Below, one piece after another: positions 18,185 to 27,436 of a stretch of 64,000 bases of DNA (positions are counted from its first letter, which is position 1; each line of letters opens with the position of its first letter). The position numbers and the translations under genes were made by a program. The notes under the pieces were generated by a model. It was not told the DNA's origin and ran no database searches. It saw only the letters and a list, made by a program, of their open reading frames with translations. The stretch comes from an uncultured virus (IMG/VR IMGVR_UViG_3300023108_002122) (taxonomy: Duplodnaviria > Heunggongvirae > Uroviricota > Caudoviricetes). Where the stretch lies: IMG/VR virus record IMGVR_UViG_3300023108_002122; one strand, written 5' to 3'.

Positions 18185-18374
18185 ATCTAATGTGAGGATC
18201 TATATGGTCGTCATTATAAACTTCATCTCCAAGCGCCCTGATTTTTCTGGCTAAACCATTATATCTAAATTGCCAAGTATCAGCTCTTTCTTTTTCAGCT
18301 TCATACTTTCCTTTCCAATCAGTTTTTTTAAATTTTTCTGCTTGAAGTTTCCACCAGTTTTTTAAACTTGCCAT
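18183..18374 (-). CDS. Small hypothetical protein (likely start MASLKN)
   Basis: AAGGAG RBS before the internal ATG. Confidence 0.5.
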   Translation of the reverse strand: MASLKNWWKLQAEKFKKTDWKGKYEAEKERADTWQFRYNGLARKIRALGDEVYNDDHIDPHIR

Positions 18375-18385
18375 ATTATACTCCT

Positions 18386-18679
18386 TTAAACACAACCTGT
18401 GGGTTTAGGCAAACCACCATATTTAGTAATTGGTTTCATGGGACCTGTCATCCACATTTTGAATACTTCTTTTTTATCCATACCAATTGCCTTTGCAAAA
18501 TTACGAATAGCAGGAACAGCTGATGTATCCTCATAGATTTCTCTTGCTTTCATAATATGCTCAATTTTTTCATCAGTTAGTTCATATCCATCTTCTTCTG
18601 CCATTGCATTCATAACATCGACAGACCATTCTGACATATCTAACAAATAACCGTCACCATCTCTTTCTGGTAAACTCAT
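18386..18679 (-). CDS. tusE: TusE/DsrC family sulfur-relay protein (single C-terminal Cys)
   Basis: RDGDGYL..W..A..G.ELT..GLPKPTGCV. Confidence 0.9.
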   Translation of the reverse strand: MSLPERDGDGYLLDMSEWSVDVMNAMAEEDGYELTDEKIEHIMKAREIYEDTSAVPAIRNFAKAIGMDKKEVFKMWMTGPMKPITKYGGLPKPTGCV

Positions 18680-18711
18680 AATATACTCCTAGGTATTTAA
18701 TTAAAAAATAT

Positions 18712-19002
18712 TTATACTTCTTCAGTTGGTTTAAATTCTATTAACATATTTTTAAGATATGGATCACAACCTTTATCTTCTAATCTTGTCATCAACCACA
18801 TCTCAAATGAGTCTTTGTCCTCGAATGTTCTTTTAAAGTAGAAGGTCTCGTTGGGTAACTCTCTTTCGAAAGATACCACAACAGGACCAGCATATACATC
18901 TTTGATAAACATTACAGCTACAACGACATATGCAATTACCCCCATTAGCAATGCCGCTGCCCAACCTGGACAATTCTTTTCGTTACAGCTTGAACCTATC
19001 AT
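18712..19002 (-). CDS. Membrane-anchored hypothetical protein
   Basis: One TM helix; AGGA RBS. Confidence 0.5.
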   Translation of the reverse strand: MIGSSCNEKNCPGWAAALLMGVIAYVVVAVMFIKDVYAGPVVVSFERELPNETFYFKRTFEDKDSFEMWLMTRLEDKGCDPYLKNMLIEFKPTEEV

Positions 19003-19016
19003 AGATTTCTCCTATA

Positions 19017-19301
19017 TTACTTCTCTTGTACAGGGAAGTTGTAGTATGGTGATGCATAACCATAATTTTTATATGGATTATGCTGATAAGATACAACGTA
19101 ATCTGGATCGTCAACTTCGTTAATCATATTTACAAATTCAGTTGGATACCAACGTGGATCCATCATTGAATATGGATTAAACGAAAAGATACCGTTATCT
19201 TCTACATAACCATAGTTGTTGTTATTAAAAGGGCCAAAATCAAATGCTGAAGCAGTTGAAACGGCTGTTGCCATAATTGTTGCTAATGCTAGCTTTTTCA
19301 T
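19017..19301 (-). CDS. Secreted Asn/Tyr/Pro-rich protein
   Basis: Signal peptide ASA-F; NNNNYGY..NPY..YGYASPYY. Confidence 0.6.
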   Translation of the reverse strand: MKKLALATIMATAVSTASAFDFGPFNNNNYGYVEDNGIFSFNPYSMMDPRWYPTEFVNMINEVDDPDYVVSYQHNPYKNYGYASPYYNFPVQEK

Positions 19302-19500
19302 ATCTATTCTCCTATTAAGAATTAAATGATGCTCTTAAAGAGCGGGTTATAATAATTACGCTACTAGAGCGATTTTTTTACATGTTAGATAATCTAACTA
19401 TGTTTGTTACTTTTATTTATAATACTAAATTACTATATTATAATATTTTAATATTAATTATTTTAATAATAACTATCTATTTTTTAAATAGTTAAATTAT

Positions 19501-19743
19501 TTAAGCGATAAACCAGCGATAGATTCCGAAAATATCTATCCAAAGAAAGAAAAAGTTTTGTGCAAACATTGGCCAATCTTTTTCTCTTGCAAAATATAAT
19601 GATAGTAGTACATGTCCTACTAAGAACATCCAGAATCCCCATCGTGAAGATTCTATATTTGCTGAGAGGATAGTCCCAGCACTTAAAAACATTATTGTTG
19701 CTGTCCATTTTGCAAATGACTCATTCATTATAAGCTTGGTCAT
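19501..19743 (-). CDS. Small 3-TM membrane protein
   Basis: Three hydrophobic helices ending GIYRW. Confidence 0.55.
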   Translation of the reverse strand: MTKLIMNESFAKWTATIMFLSAGTILSANIESSRWGFWMFLVGHVLLSLYFAREKDWPMFAQNFFFLWIDIFGIYRWFIA

Positions 19744-19937
19744 TATACTCCTGCATTTAATGGATGAGTAAGTTCATCTATCATTAGATAAATGTCTTGT
19801 TCTATTTCACACCAATCATCTTCTGAATAAAAGAAATCAAAATAACCTTCATCAGAAAGACGATTCATGATTTTACCTGAATCAGTCATTCCATCTTCAA
19901 CAACAAATTTTTCAACAATTTTTTCAAAATTTCGCAT
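19743..19937 (-). CDS. Small acidic early protein
   Basis: AAGGAG RBS; sigma70 promoter at 19969-19997. Confidence 0.55.
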   Translation of the reverse strand: MRNFEKIVEKFVVEDGMTDSGKIMNRLSDEGYFDFFYSEDDWCEIEQDIYLMIDELTHPLNAGV

Positions 19938-19968
19938 AATATTACTCCTTATTGCATTATATAATCAT

Positions 19969-19997
19969 ATTATAACATAGTATACAGTATTTGTCAA
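19969..19997 (-). promoter_or_regulatory. sigma70-type early promoter
   Basis: TTGACA-N17-TATAAT with extended TGn. Confidence 0.75.
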
Positions 19998-20162
19998 CTA
20001 TTTGTCTTTACCTCTTTCGCGATTAAAATGATCTTTTTCTTTTTGTGACATTTTAATGTATTTAGCAAAAGAAATGCATTCTACATTACCATTCTTATCT
20101 GGTGTAGAACACCACATTCCACTTGATACGATATCAGAATTTTTTACCATTTTTACTCCTTT

Positions 20163-20423
20163 TCATTTTATTTTGTTTTGTTTAATGGGTTTATTACCTA
20201 AAGCCTTACGTGATTGTTTTTTAAATTGAGCATTCATTTTCTTTTGCTGTGCTTGCGCTTTTCTAGCTTGTACTTGCCCACGCTTTGTGTAATCAGTACC
20301 TTTTTTTGCTTTTTTATTAATTGTACGACGTACATCAAATATAATTTTAAATTTTGGAAGGATTTCAATTCTGAACCATCCTACTCTAAAATTAAATCTC
20401 ATAATCTTATTGTTCCGTGACAA
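20163..20423 (-). CDS. Basic hypothetical protein
   Basis: Lys/Arg-rich ORF in early operon. Confidence 0.45.
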   Translation of the reverse strand: MSRNNKIMRFNFRVGWFRIEILPKFKIIFDVRRTINKKAKKGTDYTKRGQVQARKAQAQQKKMNAQFKKQSRKALGNKPIKQNKIK

Positions 20424-20680
20424 GTACCATCATGACCAGTTCTTTGTCTATTTAATGGTCTCATGCCTGTACTAATTAAATCACCTAAACTAATATCACC
20501 AGCGGCTAATACTGCTACTAATAAATCTTGAGCATCATCTATAGTCATGTGAGTACATCCAGCACGACCACTTTGTACACAATTAATGTTATGTTGAATA
20601 TCATCCTGCCAAGTATCAACTTGTGGGATTCTAGTATCATCAGGAGTAACTCCCCAAACTAAAATATCTTTCATAATCAT
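20399..20680 (-). CDS. Early hypothetical protein
   Basis: Directly after conserved promoter; AAGGA RBS. Confidence 0.55.
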   Translation of the reverse strand: MIMKDILVWGVTPDDTRIPQVDTWQDDIQHNINCVQSGRAGCTHMTIDDAQDLLVAVLAAGDISLGDLISTGMRPLNRQRTGHDGTCHGTIRL

Positions 20681-20694
20681 TCCTTTTTAATTTT

Positions 20695-20732
20695 TATAGT
20701 TATATTATACACTAGTTCTAAGAAGATGTCAA
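20695..20732 (-). promoter_or_regulatory. Conserved 38-bp early promoter element, copy 1
   Basis: TTGACATCTTCTTAGAACTAGTGTATAATATAACTATA (minus). Confidence 0.85.
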
Positions 20733-20740
20733 GGCTTTTT

Positions 20741-21211
20741 TTAAAAAACTATGTATTTTCTTTGATCATCTACCCAATCATCAAATGATCTGTCATCTTG
20801 TGGAATATATCTATCATCAGCACCAGCCATTGTATTAATTTTGTGCTTAATTGATCCATTTAATCTTCTACTTAAAGCATGTTTATGAAAGTGAACTCCA
20901 ACATGACCATCTTTAGGGTACCACATATCTACAATGTCAGTTTTCATAGCAAGCTTATCAATCATATTAAGAGTGTATCCTCCAAGATCAGATTTTTTGG
21001 CTTGTGAACCATCAACATTATCCCAACCCCATTTAGGATGGTAGTGAACAGTATCAAAGATTAATGTTAACTTGTCATCATTGTGCATAACGAAATCAGA
21101 ATTACATGCGTCTAAAAGATCATTCATAATATCGTTAAGATCATTACGATTGTTGACTTTGAACCTTAATCTTGAAGCGTACTTGTCATTATCAGTAAAT
21201 CTTTTTGCCAT
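20741..21211 (-). CDS. Early hypothetical protein
   Basis: 156-aa ORF between two promoter copies. Confidence 0.6.
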   Translation of the reverse strand: MAKRFTDNDKYASRLRFKVNNRNDLNDIMNDLLDACNSDFVMHNDDKLTLIFDTVHYHPKWGWDNVDGSQAKKSDLGGYTLNMIDKLAMKTDIVDMWYPKDGHVGVHFHKHALSRRLNGSIKHKINTMAGADDRYIPQDDRSFDDWVDDQRKYIVF

Positions 21212-21234
21212 TTTTAACGTCCTTGTTTATTAAA

Positions 21235-21272
21235 TATAGTTATATTATACACTAGTTCTAAGAACATGTCAA
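21235..21272 (-). promoter_or_regulatory. Conserved 38-bp early promoter element, copy 2
   Basis: One mismatch to copy 1. Confidence 0.85.
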
Positions 21273-21325
21273 CTTATTTTAATAATATTTTTTTATTATT
21301 ATAATAAATTATTTTTATAATTTTC

Positions 21326-21402
21326 TGGTGGGCCCACTAGGATTTGAACCTAGGACCAATGGATTATGAGTCCACTGCTCTAACCAACTGAGCTATAGGC
21401 CC
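21326..21402 (-). tRNA. tRNA with CAT anticodon, probably Ile2 (lysidine type)
   Basis: GGGCCTATAGCTCAGTTGGTTAGAGCAGTGGACTCATAATCCATTGGTCCTAGGTTCAAATCCTAGTGGGCCCACCA; cloverleaf, encoded CCA, ileX-like body. Confidence 0.85.
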
Positions 21403-21411
21403 AACTTAATT

Positions 21412-22287
21412 TTAAGGGAGTTTAATTTCTAAATTGTATTGATCTAAACACATGTCTTCTAGTGTTTTTGTGAGAGTAACTAAATTACTTAGATCATCTA
21501 CTACACTTGCTGTAGCATCACCTTCTCTACGAGGTGCAATTTCTTTTTCGATTTTAATACCTGTAACTTTTTCCATGCAATCAAGTACTTCTAATACACT
21601 ATATCCTTCATTACTTCCAAGGCATTCATATGGTGTATTTGCAGGACCTGTTTCTACTGCATTTACAATTGCATTAGTGAGATCCAAAATATGAATATAA
21701 TCACGTATGCAAGTACCATCGCGAGTAGGATAGTCATTACCGTATATAGAGATTTTAGGAAGTTTGTTCGCAGCAACCATAGCAGCAACACGAATAAGAT
21801 GGGTAGGAGCACCGAGCTGTCTGTTAACGCCATCAGTACCAGAAACATTAAAAAAACGGAAGATAGTATACCCATTTGCTTTCTCCTTAATAATATCTTC
21901 TGCTGCTACTTTACTTTTAGCATAAGGAGAAGCCATTTCCCAAGCACTACTTGTACTTGCAAAAATAAAATGGTCAGTACTTACGTTATCTAACATATTT
22001 GCAGTTCCCATAGCATTTACTCTATAGTATTCAGTTGGTTCTGACATACTTTGAGGAACAACACTACGTCCTGCTAAATGTACTACAGCATCAAATTTAC
22101 CACCAATCTGAGGATCGGTAATATCTATATTATACCAGTCTGGACAATAATCTGAAATATCATTATATTCACCATGAATATTAGTATCCCATCCTGTAAC
22201 ATGATGACCATGTTCTTTTAACATTTTACATACATGACTACCGATATAACCAGTTGCACCTGTCACTAAAACATTTTTTACTTCCAT
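21412..22287 (-). CDS. galE: UDP-glucose 4-epimerase
   Basis: GATGYIGSH, YAKSK (YxxxK), FRFFNV, YPTRDGTCIRDYIH, RREGD. Confidence 0.9.
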   Translation of the reverse strand: MEVKNVLVTGATGYIGSHVCKMLKEHGHHVTGWDTNIHGEYNDISDYCPDWYNIDITDPQIGGKFDAVVHLAGRSVVPQSMSEPTEYYRVNAMGTANMLDNVSTDHFIFASTSSAWEMASPYAKSKVAAEDIIKEKANGYTIFRFFNVSGTDGVNRQLGAPTHLIRVAAMVAANKLPKISIYGNDYPTRDGTCIRDYIHILDLTNAIVNAVETGPANTPYECLGSNEGYSVLEVLDCMEKVTGIKIEKEIAPRREGDATASVVDDLSNLVTLTKTLEDMCLDQYNLEIKLP

Positions 22288-22309
22288 AATATAATCTATA
22301 TTTTTTTTA

Positions 22310-22585
22310 TTAAGAAGGCATAACCAAACCTGTTACGGCTTGTGTATAACTCTTAGAAACCTGAGGAGCTGTTTCAGTTACAAAAATTGCATTATTGAAA
22401 ACTACTTCTTTAGGATTATCTTTACCTGTAAAACAAATACCACGAGCAAATCCAAGTTGACCTTCGTCATTCATTGTAATCATCTTTGGATTATCAAGTG
22501 TTATAACATTATTGCTCATAGTAACTAATTTACCAACATACTCACCTGAGGCTGTTTGTACTGTTACAATATCATTCTTTTCCAT
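22310..22585 (-). CDS. Small beta-barrel (Sm-like) phage protein, start MEKNDIV
   Basis: Start corrected to avoid tRNA-Cys overlap; AGGA RBS. Confidence 0.55.
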   Translation of the reverse strand: MEKNDIVTVQTASGEYVGKLVTMSNNVITLDNPKMITMNDEGQLGFARGICFTGKDNPKEVVFNNAIFVTETAPQVSKSYTQAVTGLVMPS

Positions 22586-22611
22586 TTTTATTCCTACTTT
22601 TATAATTAAAC

Positions 22612-22687
22612 TGGACTTGGTGACAGGACTCGAACCTGCATAGAACGGATTTGCAATCCGATGCATAACCAATTCTGCCACACCAAG
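22612..22687 (-). tRNA. tRNA-Cys(GCA)
   Basis: CTTGGTG/CACCAAG acceptor stem, TTGCAAA loop, GTTCGAGTC, U73, CCA. Confidence 0.9.
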
Positions 22688-22691
22688 AATT

Positions 22692-22769
22692 TGGCCTCGC
22701 CGGGAGGACTCGAACCTCCAACCTACAGCTTAGAAGGCTGTTGCTTCTATCCGCTTGAGCTACGGCGAG
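22692..22769 (-). tRNA. tRNA-Arg(TCT)
   Basis: CTCGCCG/CGGCGAG acceptor stem, ACAGC-CTTCTAA-GCTGT anticodon arm, CCA. Confidence 0.9.
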
Positions 22770-22773
22770 ATTC

Positions 22774-23223
22774 TTACTTCTTAAATTTAACTGTTCTAGT
22801 TACACCATTTTCTGTGAATGTAACTACTGAATGACTATAAACTTCTTTCTTTTCTTTAGTATAGAGAATAACATCTCTACATTTTTCTACTTGTGTATAG
22901 CCAACAACATTGGTTTTGTTACTAACTGAATCAGCTCCAATAAGAGCACCAAGAACTGTTAATGCATCTTTACCAGATCCACCTCCAAATTGATTGCCAA
23001 TAACTCCGCCAACAATAGCACCACCTAAAGTTTCAGAAGTAGTTGGTCTGCGAGTATGGTAAATAGGTTCTTCTACGATATTGCATGTTTGTACAACTTT
23101 AGGAACTTTTACTGTTTCCGTTACAAAAATATCTTCAACATCGGCTGCATAAGCACCAGACGACAGCATTGTTGCTGCAATTGTAGTAAGTAAAGTACGT
23201 TTCATAATCAATCCTTTTTTCAA
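22774..23223 (-). CDS. Glycine-zipper 2TM domain secreted protein (YcfJ-like)
   Basis: Signal peptide; GAIVGGVIGNQFGGGSGKDALTVLGALIG. Confidence 0.8.
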   Translation of the reverse strand: MKKGLIMKRTLLTTIAATMLSSGAYAADVEDIFVTETVKVPKVVQTCNIVEEPIYHTRRPTTSETLGGAIVGGVIGNQFGGGSGKDALTVLGALIGADSVSNKTNVVGYTQVEKCRDVILYTKEKKEVYSHSVVTFTENGVTRTVKFKK

Positions 23224-23237
23224 TTTATAGTACCATT

Positions 23238-23603
23238 TTATACCATGTTTGTGAGAATGTCAACATAATTTTGCACAAAATTATTAGCATTATTGCTTGA
23301 AGGCATATAAAAACTATTATTTACCTGATAAATGCTATTATTTTCTATCATTATTTGCTTAACTTCTTCTAACATTTTTCCAATAATATAGAGTACTTGA
23401 TCAAATTCCAAATCTTTTGTACATACCATTAAAGTATATTCCTCTTCACCATTTTCATAGATTAGGCCATTTTTTCCATCATCGAATGTTTCTGGCCAAG
23501 CTTCTACTGTTATTTTATTTGGAAAGATGTCTATTTGTGCACAAACATAATTAACAAATTGCTCTGTTAATATGGGATCTATGTTATATGCTTCTACTTT
23601 CAT
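23238..23603 (-). CDS. Hypothetical protein
   Basis: Start overlaps gp52 stop. Confidence 0.5.
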   Translation of the reverse strand: MKVEAYNIDPILTEQFVNYVCAQIDIFPNKITVEAWPETFDDGKNGLIYENGEEEYTLMVCTKDLEFDQVLYIIGKMLEEVKQIMIENNSIYQVNNSFYMPSSNNANNFVQNYVDILTNMV

Positions 23604-24943
23604 TACATTTTATCCAAATCTTTTTTAAATTGATCATTTGGTGTAGTCGACTTCCAATATGCTAGTCGACTTTGACACTCTTTAATCTCTTGTTGTAGTT
23701 CTTTAACCATTTCATCTGTTAGACTTAATATATTTATTCTAAGTAATCTATCAATATCTTCAGGAATAGCTTCCGTATTTAATTTAATTTGATTAGCAAC
23801 ATCATCTTTTTTCTTATTTTTAAATTCAATTTTATTATCAAGTACTGCTTGAATAAATTGCATTTTAATTTTTAACCATCTTGCTAATTCGCTTTCTTCC
23901 ATCTTACGAAGATCAATTCTTTTTTGTAAAATACTTAAGCGATAATCACAAAAGTCTTTAACGAGCTGGCGTTCGTCAGTATATTCTCTAAGCTTTCCAT
24001 CAAATCCAATTACAGTTAAATTTTCTGTAAGAGGTTTGCTTAATTTAAACTTAGAAATAACTTTATCATTATTCCAATTTGCTGATGTATTTTGTTTTAA
24101 CTTAACTTCAAATTGAAACCCAGTCTTATCGCATTGATCTTCATAAGATACGATGTCACCTTTATCTTCTAAAGCATCTAGTACTTTAACATATGATTCG
24201 CGATCATAACCATATGGAACCTCTGTAATTTGTAGAACCGTTTTACTTTTCTTTTCGAAATTACCTAATACGGTATACTTATTTTCAGCTTCATTGTACT
24301 TTACAGTTCCGCTGAACTCTGGAAAAGTTATAGGAATTCTACGAGCAATATTACCAGTATTAAGATACTCGTTACATGCTGTAGAGAGGTCACTAGGGTG
24401 ACGTGGAAGAATATTTGTAGCAAATCCAGTTGCAATACCTTTAGTACCATTTGCTAATACTAATGGAATAACTGGAATATAAAATTTAGGTGGTTCATGT
24501 TCAGGATCATCATGTTTAGGCGCTAAGTCGACATCCTGAATATACTTATCAAAATTAGAATGAACTTTTGTATAAACATAACGAGGTGCACCAGCTTCTT
24601 GTACTAATCTTGTACCAAAAGATCCACGACCTTCAACTAAACAAACATTATTGTTCCATGTAGCAGCCATCAATTGGCCAGCACCTGCAGCACTTGCTTC
24701 ACCATGTGCATATCCATAATCAGAGATAATACCTGCAATAGCACTTACTTTCTTAAAATCTTTTTTAGAATTAAGTAGAGAACTATATAGATAAAATCTT
24801 TGTACTGGCTTAAGCCCGTCTATCATATTAGGAATAGCACGTGCTTCAACAGTATACATAGCAAATGAAAGCCATTCATTGCTTGCTACTTGAGAAATTG
24901 GATAATCTGTATTCATAGAGTTATTTGTCTTTAAATCATTCAT
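23603..24943 (-). CDS. gp52: DNA topoisomerase II medium subunit
   Basis: RAIPNMIDGLKPVQR, YAHGEAS, GAPRY catalytic Tyr, NGTKGIATGF. Confidence 0.95.
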   Translation of the reverse strand: MNDLKTNNSMNTDYPISQVASNEWLSFAMYTVEARAIPNMIDGLKPVQRFYLYSSLLNSKKDFKKVSAIAGIISDYGYAHGEASAAGAGQLMAATWNNNVCLVEGRGSFGTRLVQEAGAPRYVYTKVHSNFDKYIQDVDLAPKHDDPEHEPPKFYIPVIPLVLANGTKGIATGFATNILPRHPSDLSTACNEYLNTGNIARRIPITFPEFSGTVKYNEAENKYTVLGNFEKKSKTVLQITEVPYGYDRESYVKVLDALEDKGDIVSYEDQCDKTGFQFEVKLKQNTSANWNNDKVISKFKLSKPLTENLTVIGFDGKLREYTDERQLVKDFCDYRLSILQKRIDLRKMEESELARWLKIKMQFIQAVLDNKIEFKNKKKDDVANQIKLNTEAIPEDIDRLLRINILSLTDEMVKELQQEIKECQSRLAYWKSTTPNDQFKKDLDKM

Positions 24944-24984
24944 ATAATAATATTATAACATGTTTTAGTTTAATGTCAACAAGT

Positions 24985-26811
24985 TTATGCCATCATATAT
25001 TCTTTACGTAGCTCAGAATTTTTTCCAAACATCATTTGAAATATATTAGCATTATCAACTGTTACAACATCATAAACTGGTTTATTAATTATTTGATCAT
25101 ACTCGTTTTCTTGTAATGATCCTAAACCTTTTATGTAACGATGTTTCCAACCTGTCTGAGTCGACTTGAATTCATTAGCCTCTTCATATGTATAAAACCA
25201 TTTAACATCAGATCCTTTAGATGAAATCATAATTGGTGTACGAGTGATTTTAACTTTTTTCTCAGTTAATAATCTTGGCCAGAATTTATAAAAGAATGCA
25301 ATAAGTAATGGACTAATATGTCCGATACCATCATGGTCAGCATCTGTTAATGTAGCAATATATTCATATGTCATATTATCAACAGAGTTCGGATTAGTGA
25401 TATCGAGGCCGAGAACAGATACTAATTCACTTAATTCTTTATTTTTAAGAACTTCAGCTGGTTTCATATCCCACGTATTCATAATAACACCACGTAATGG
25501 ATATGCGCCTACCTTATCAGGATTTCTTACTTTAAGAAGGAATCCCATTGCAGAATCTCCCTCTACAATTTTAAGTGTTGCATTATCAGTATTTGCTGCA
25601 ATATGTTTTGCAACTTTAACTTTACGTAATTTCTTCTGTGCAAGAGTAGCAGCACGTCTATCTGCTGCAATCTTCTTAGCAAGCTGAGCTTCAATAATAG
25701 GATCAATAATAGAAGGTGTATTTAAAATCTTTTTAGCATAGAAAGATGCTTCTTTAATTCCAGCTTCAATTGAATGTTCCTTAACATTACTCATTGGATT
25801 TGTTAGACGTTCTTTTGTTTGAGAATCAAATTTAGGATTTGTAAAATTCTTTGCAAACATTACAAATGTTAAACCATTCTTAATAGTCGACTTTGCAACT
25901 TCAATTTTATGTCTACGCTTAATCATTGCACCTAATTCATCTAAAACAATATTAGTCATGTAGTCGACATATGTACCACCCATGCGAGTGTTAACACCAT
26001 TAATAAATGAATTAGATCTAAATCCATCATCGGATGCAGAGAAAAAGAAAGATAAATTATCAGTCTTTTCAATAATTGCTTCTTCGCCAAATAACTCAGA
26101 ATATTTTTTAAGATTATTTACTTTAATACGACGTTTATTAAATGAGAATGCAATTTCTGGGAATGCCATTTGTAAACTCATTAAACGATCTTCTACTAAA
26201 TCAATCGTATCTAAATCAAATAGATTATCAGTTTCATATAAACTAAAATCTGGAACAAACATAACTTCAGTACCAGATCCTACAGGATATTCTCTTTGTT
26301 CTACTTTAATATCCTCACCACCATTTTTACAAGTAACTTGAACCAATTTACCATTGGACCACGTTTTACCTACAAATTTAGTCGACAAAAAGTTAGTTGC
26401 TGCTGAACCTACACCATTTGTACCAATAGTAACTCGTTCATCATCAAATGAAGTACCAGCATTTACTCTTGTCCAAGCAGCGACTGGTCTAAGAATTTTA
26501 TCTTTAGTTGTTTCATCAAAGATTTCATCTTGTGGAATACCACGTCCATTATCTGTAATTACAACAGAATTATTATCTCTTATAGAAACATTAATTTTAT
26601 TTCCATATTTAAAATTAGTACGAATTGCTTCATCAATAGAATTATCGAGAATTTCATCAATCATTTTAGACAAAGCAGGAACATAAGTATGTTTATCCCA
26701 CTTACCTAAAACAAATCTTTCAATAACTTCTTGAGAAGAAGAACCCATATACATACCAATACGTTCTCTGACGTGCTGGCGTGCGGTTAATATTCTAAAA
26801 TCTTCAGACAC
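24985..26811 (-). CDS. gp39: DNA topoisomerase II large subunit (fused gp39+60)
   Basis: EILDNSIDE, DNGRGIP, GTNGVG, EGDSA, PLRG, DADHDG, YIKGLGS. Confidence 0.95.
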   Translation of the reverse strand: MSEDFRILTARQHVRERIGMYMGSSSQEVIERFVLGKWDKHTYVPALSKMIDEILDNSIDEAIRTNFKYGNKINVSIRDNNSVVITDNGRGIPQDEIFDETTKDKILRPVAAWTRVNAGTSFDDERVTIGTNGVGSAATNFLSTKFVGKTWSNGKLVQVTCKNGGEDIKVEQREYPVGSGTEVMFVPDFSLYETDNLFDLDTIDLVEDRLMSLQMAFPEIAFSFNKRRIKVNNLKKYSELFGEEAIIEKTDNLSFFFSASDDGFRSNSFINGVNTRMGGTYVDYMTNIVLDELGAMIKRRHKIEVAKSTIKNGLTFVMFAKNFTNPKFDSQTKERLTNPMSNVKEHSIEAGIKEASFYAKKILNTPSIIDPIIEAQLAKKIAADRRAATLAQKKLRKVKVAKHIAANTDNATLKIVEGDSAMGFLLKVRNPDKVGAYPLRGVIMNTWDMKPAEVLKNKELSELVSVLGLDITNPNSVDNMTYEYIATLTDADHDGIGHISPLLIAFFYKFWPRLLTEKKVKITRTPIMISSKGSDVKWFYTYEEANEFKSTQTGWKHRYIKGLGSLQENEYDQIINKPVYDVVTVDNANIFQMMFGKNSELRKEYMMA

Positions 26812-26884
26812 TAAATTTTGCTCCGTTTTTAACTTATAATAAATAATAACATAACTTTAAAAAAATGTCAACAGGTAAATTTCA

Positions 26885-27373
26885 ATGATTACAAATTATT
26901 TATCGCCGGTATCATTTCTTGTAACTATAGATAGAATACCCAATGTAGAGTTCTTTACTCAAAAGGCTACTATCCCTAGTTTAACTATGACGCCTATATT
27001 ACAAACTGCTCCTATTCACAATATATATAAAGAACCAGATCGCTTAGACTACACAGAACTGGATCTATCTTTTATTGTTGATGAAAATATGACCAACTAT
27101 AAAGAAATATTAAACTGGATGGAAGGTCTTGGTACTCCAGTTAAATCTGATCAATATGCAAATTTAGCCAAAACAAAAGAAGGTATTGTATCAGATATAT
27201 CTATACTTATTCAAAATAGCGCTCGCAATCCAAATATTAAATTTACTTTTACAGATTGCTTTCCAACTTCATTAGCACCCGTCATGCTAGATGTAACTTC
27301 TCCAGATGTTTTTTATCCAGAATGTAACGTTACATTTAGATATAATAACTTCTTTATGGAAACTATTAGTTGA
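26885..27373 (+). CDS. gp3: Tail completion / tube terminator
   Basis: NYLSPVSF..PNVEFF..FIVDENMTNY..FTDCFPTSL; T4-like position before uvsY/uvsW. Confidence 0.8.
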   Translation: MITNYLSPVSFLVTIDRIPNVEFFTQKATIPSLTMTPILQTAPIHNIYKEPDRLDYTELDLSFIVDENMTNYKEILNWMEGLGTPVKSDQYANLAKTKEGIVSDISILIQNSARNPNIKFTFTDCFPTSLAPVMLDVTSPDVFYPECNVTFRYNNFFMETIS

Positions 27374-27398
27374 CATTTCTAATAAACTATGTTATAAT
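27370..27398 (+). promoter_or_regulatory. sigma70-type promoter for uvsY
   Basis: TTGACA-N17-TATAAT with TGn. Confidence 0.75.
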
Positions 27399-27436
27399 AT
27401 TATATATTGTGAAAAACTGAATGTCAAGGATTTGTA

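Noticed and set aside
19320..19500. AT-rich intergenic region with short palindromes as ncRNA or origin
   Set aside because: Only short hairpins and a late promoter; no support for a defined element
22586..22681. N-terminal extension of ORF 22310..22681
   Set aside because: It is tRNA-Cys read as protein; the real start is likely 22585
25397..26686. Plus-strand ORFs within the topoisomerase gene (and similar shadow ORFs elsewhere, e.g. 1422, 17410, 21452, 35502, 48077, 60011, 63472)
   Set aside because: Antisense or off-frame to well-supported genes, with no motifs or RBS
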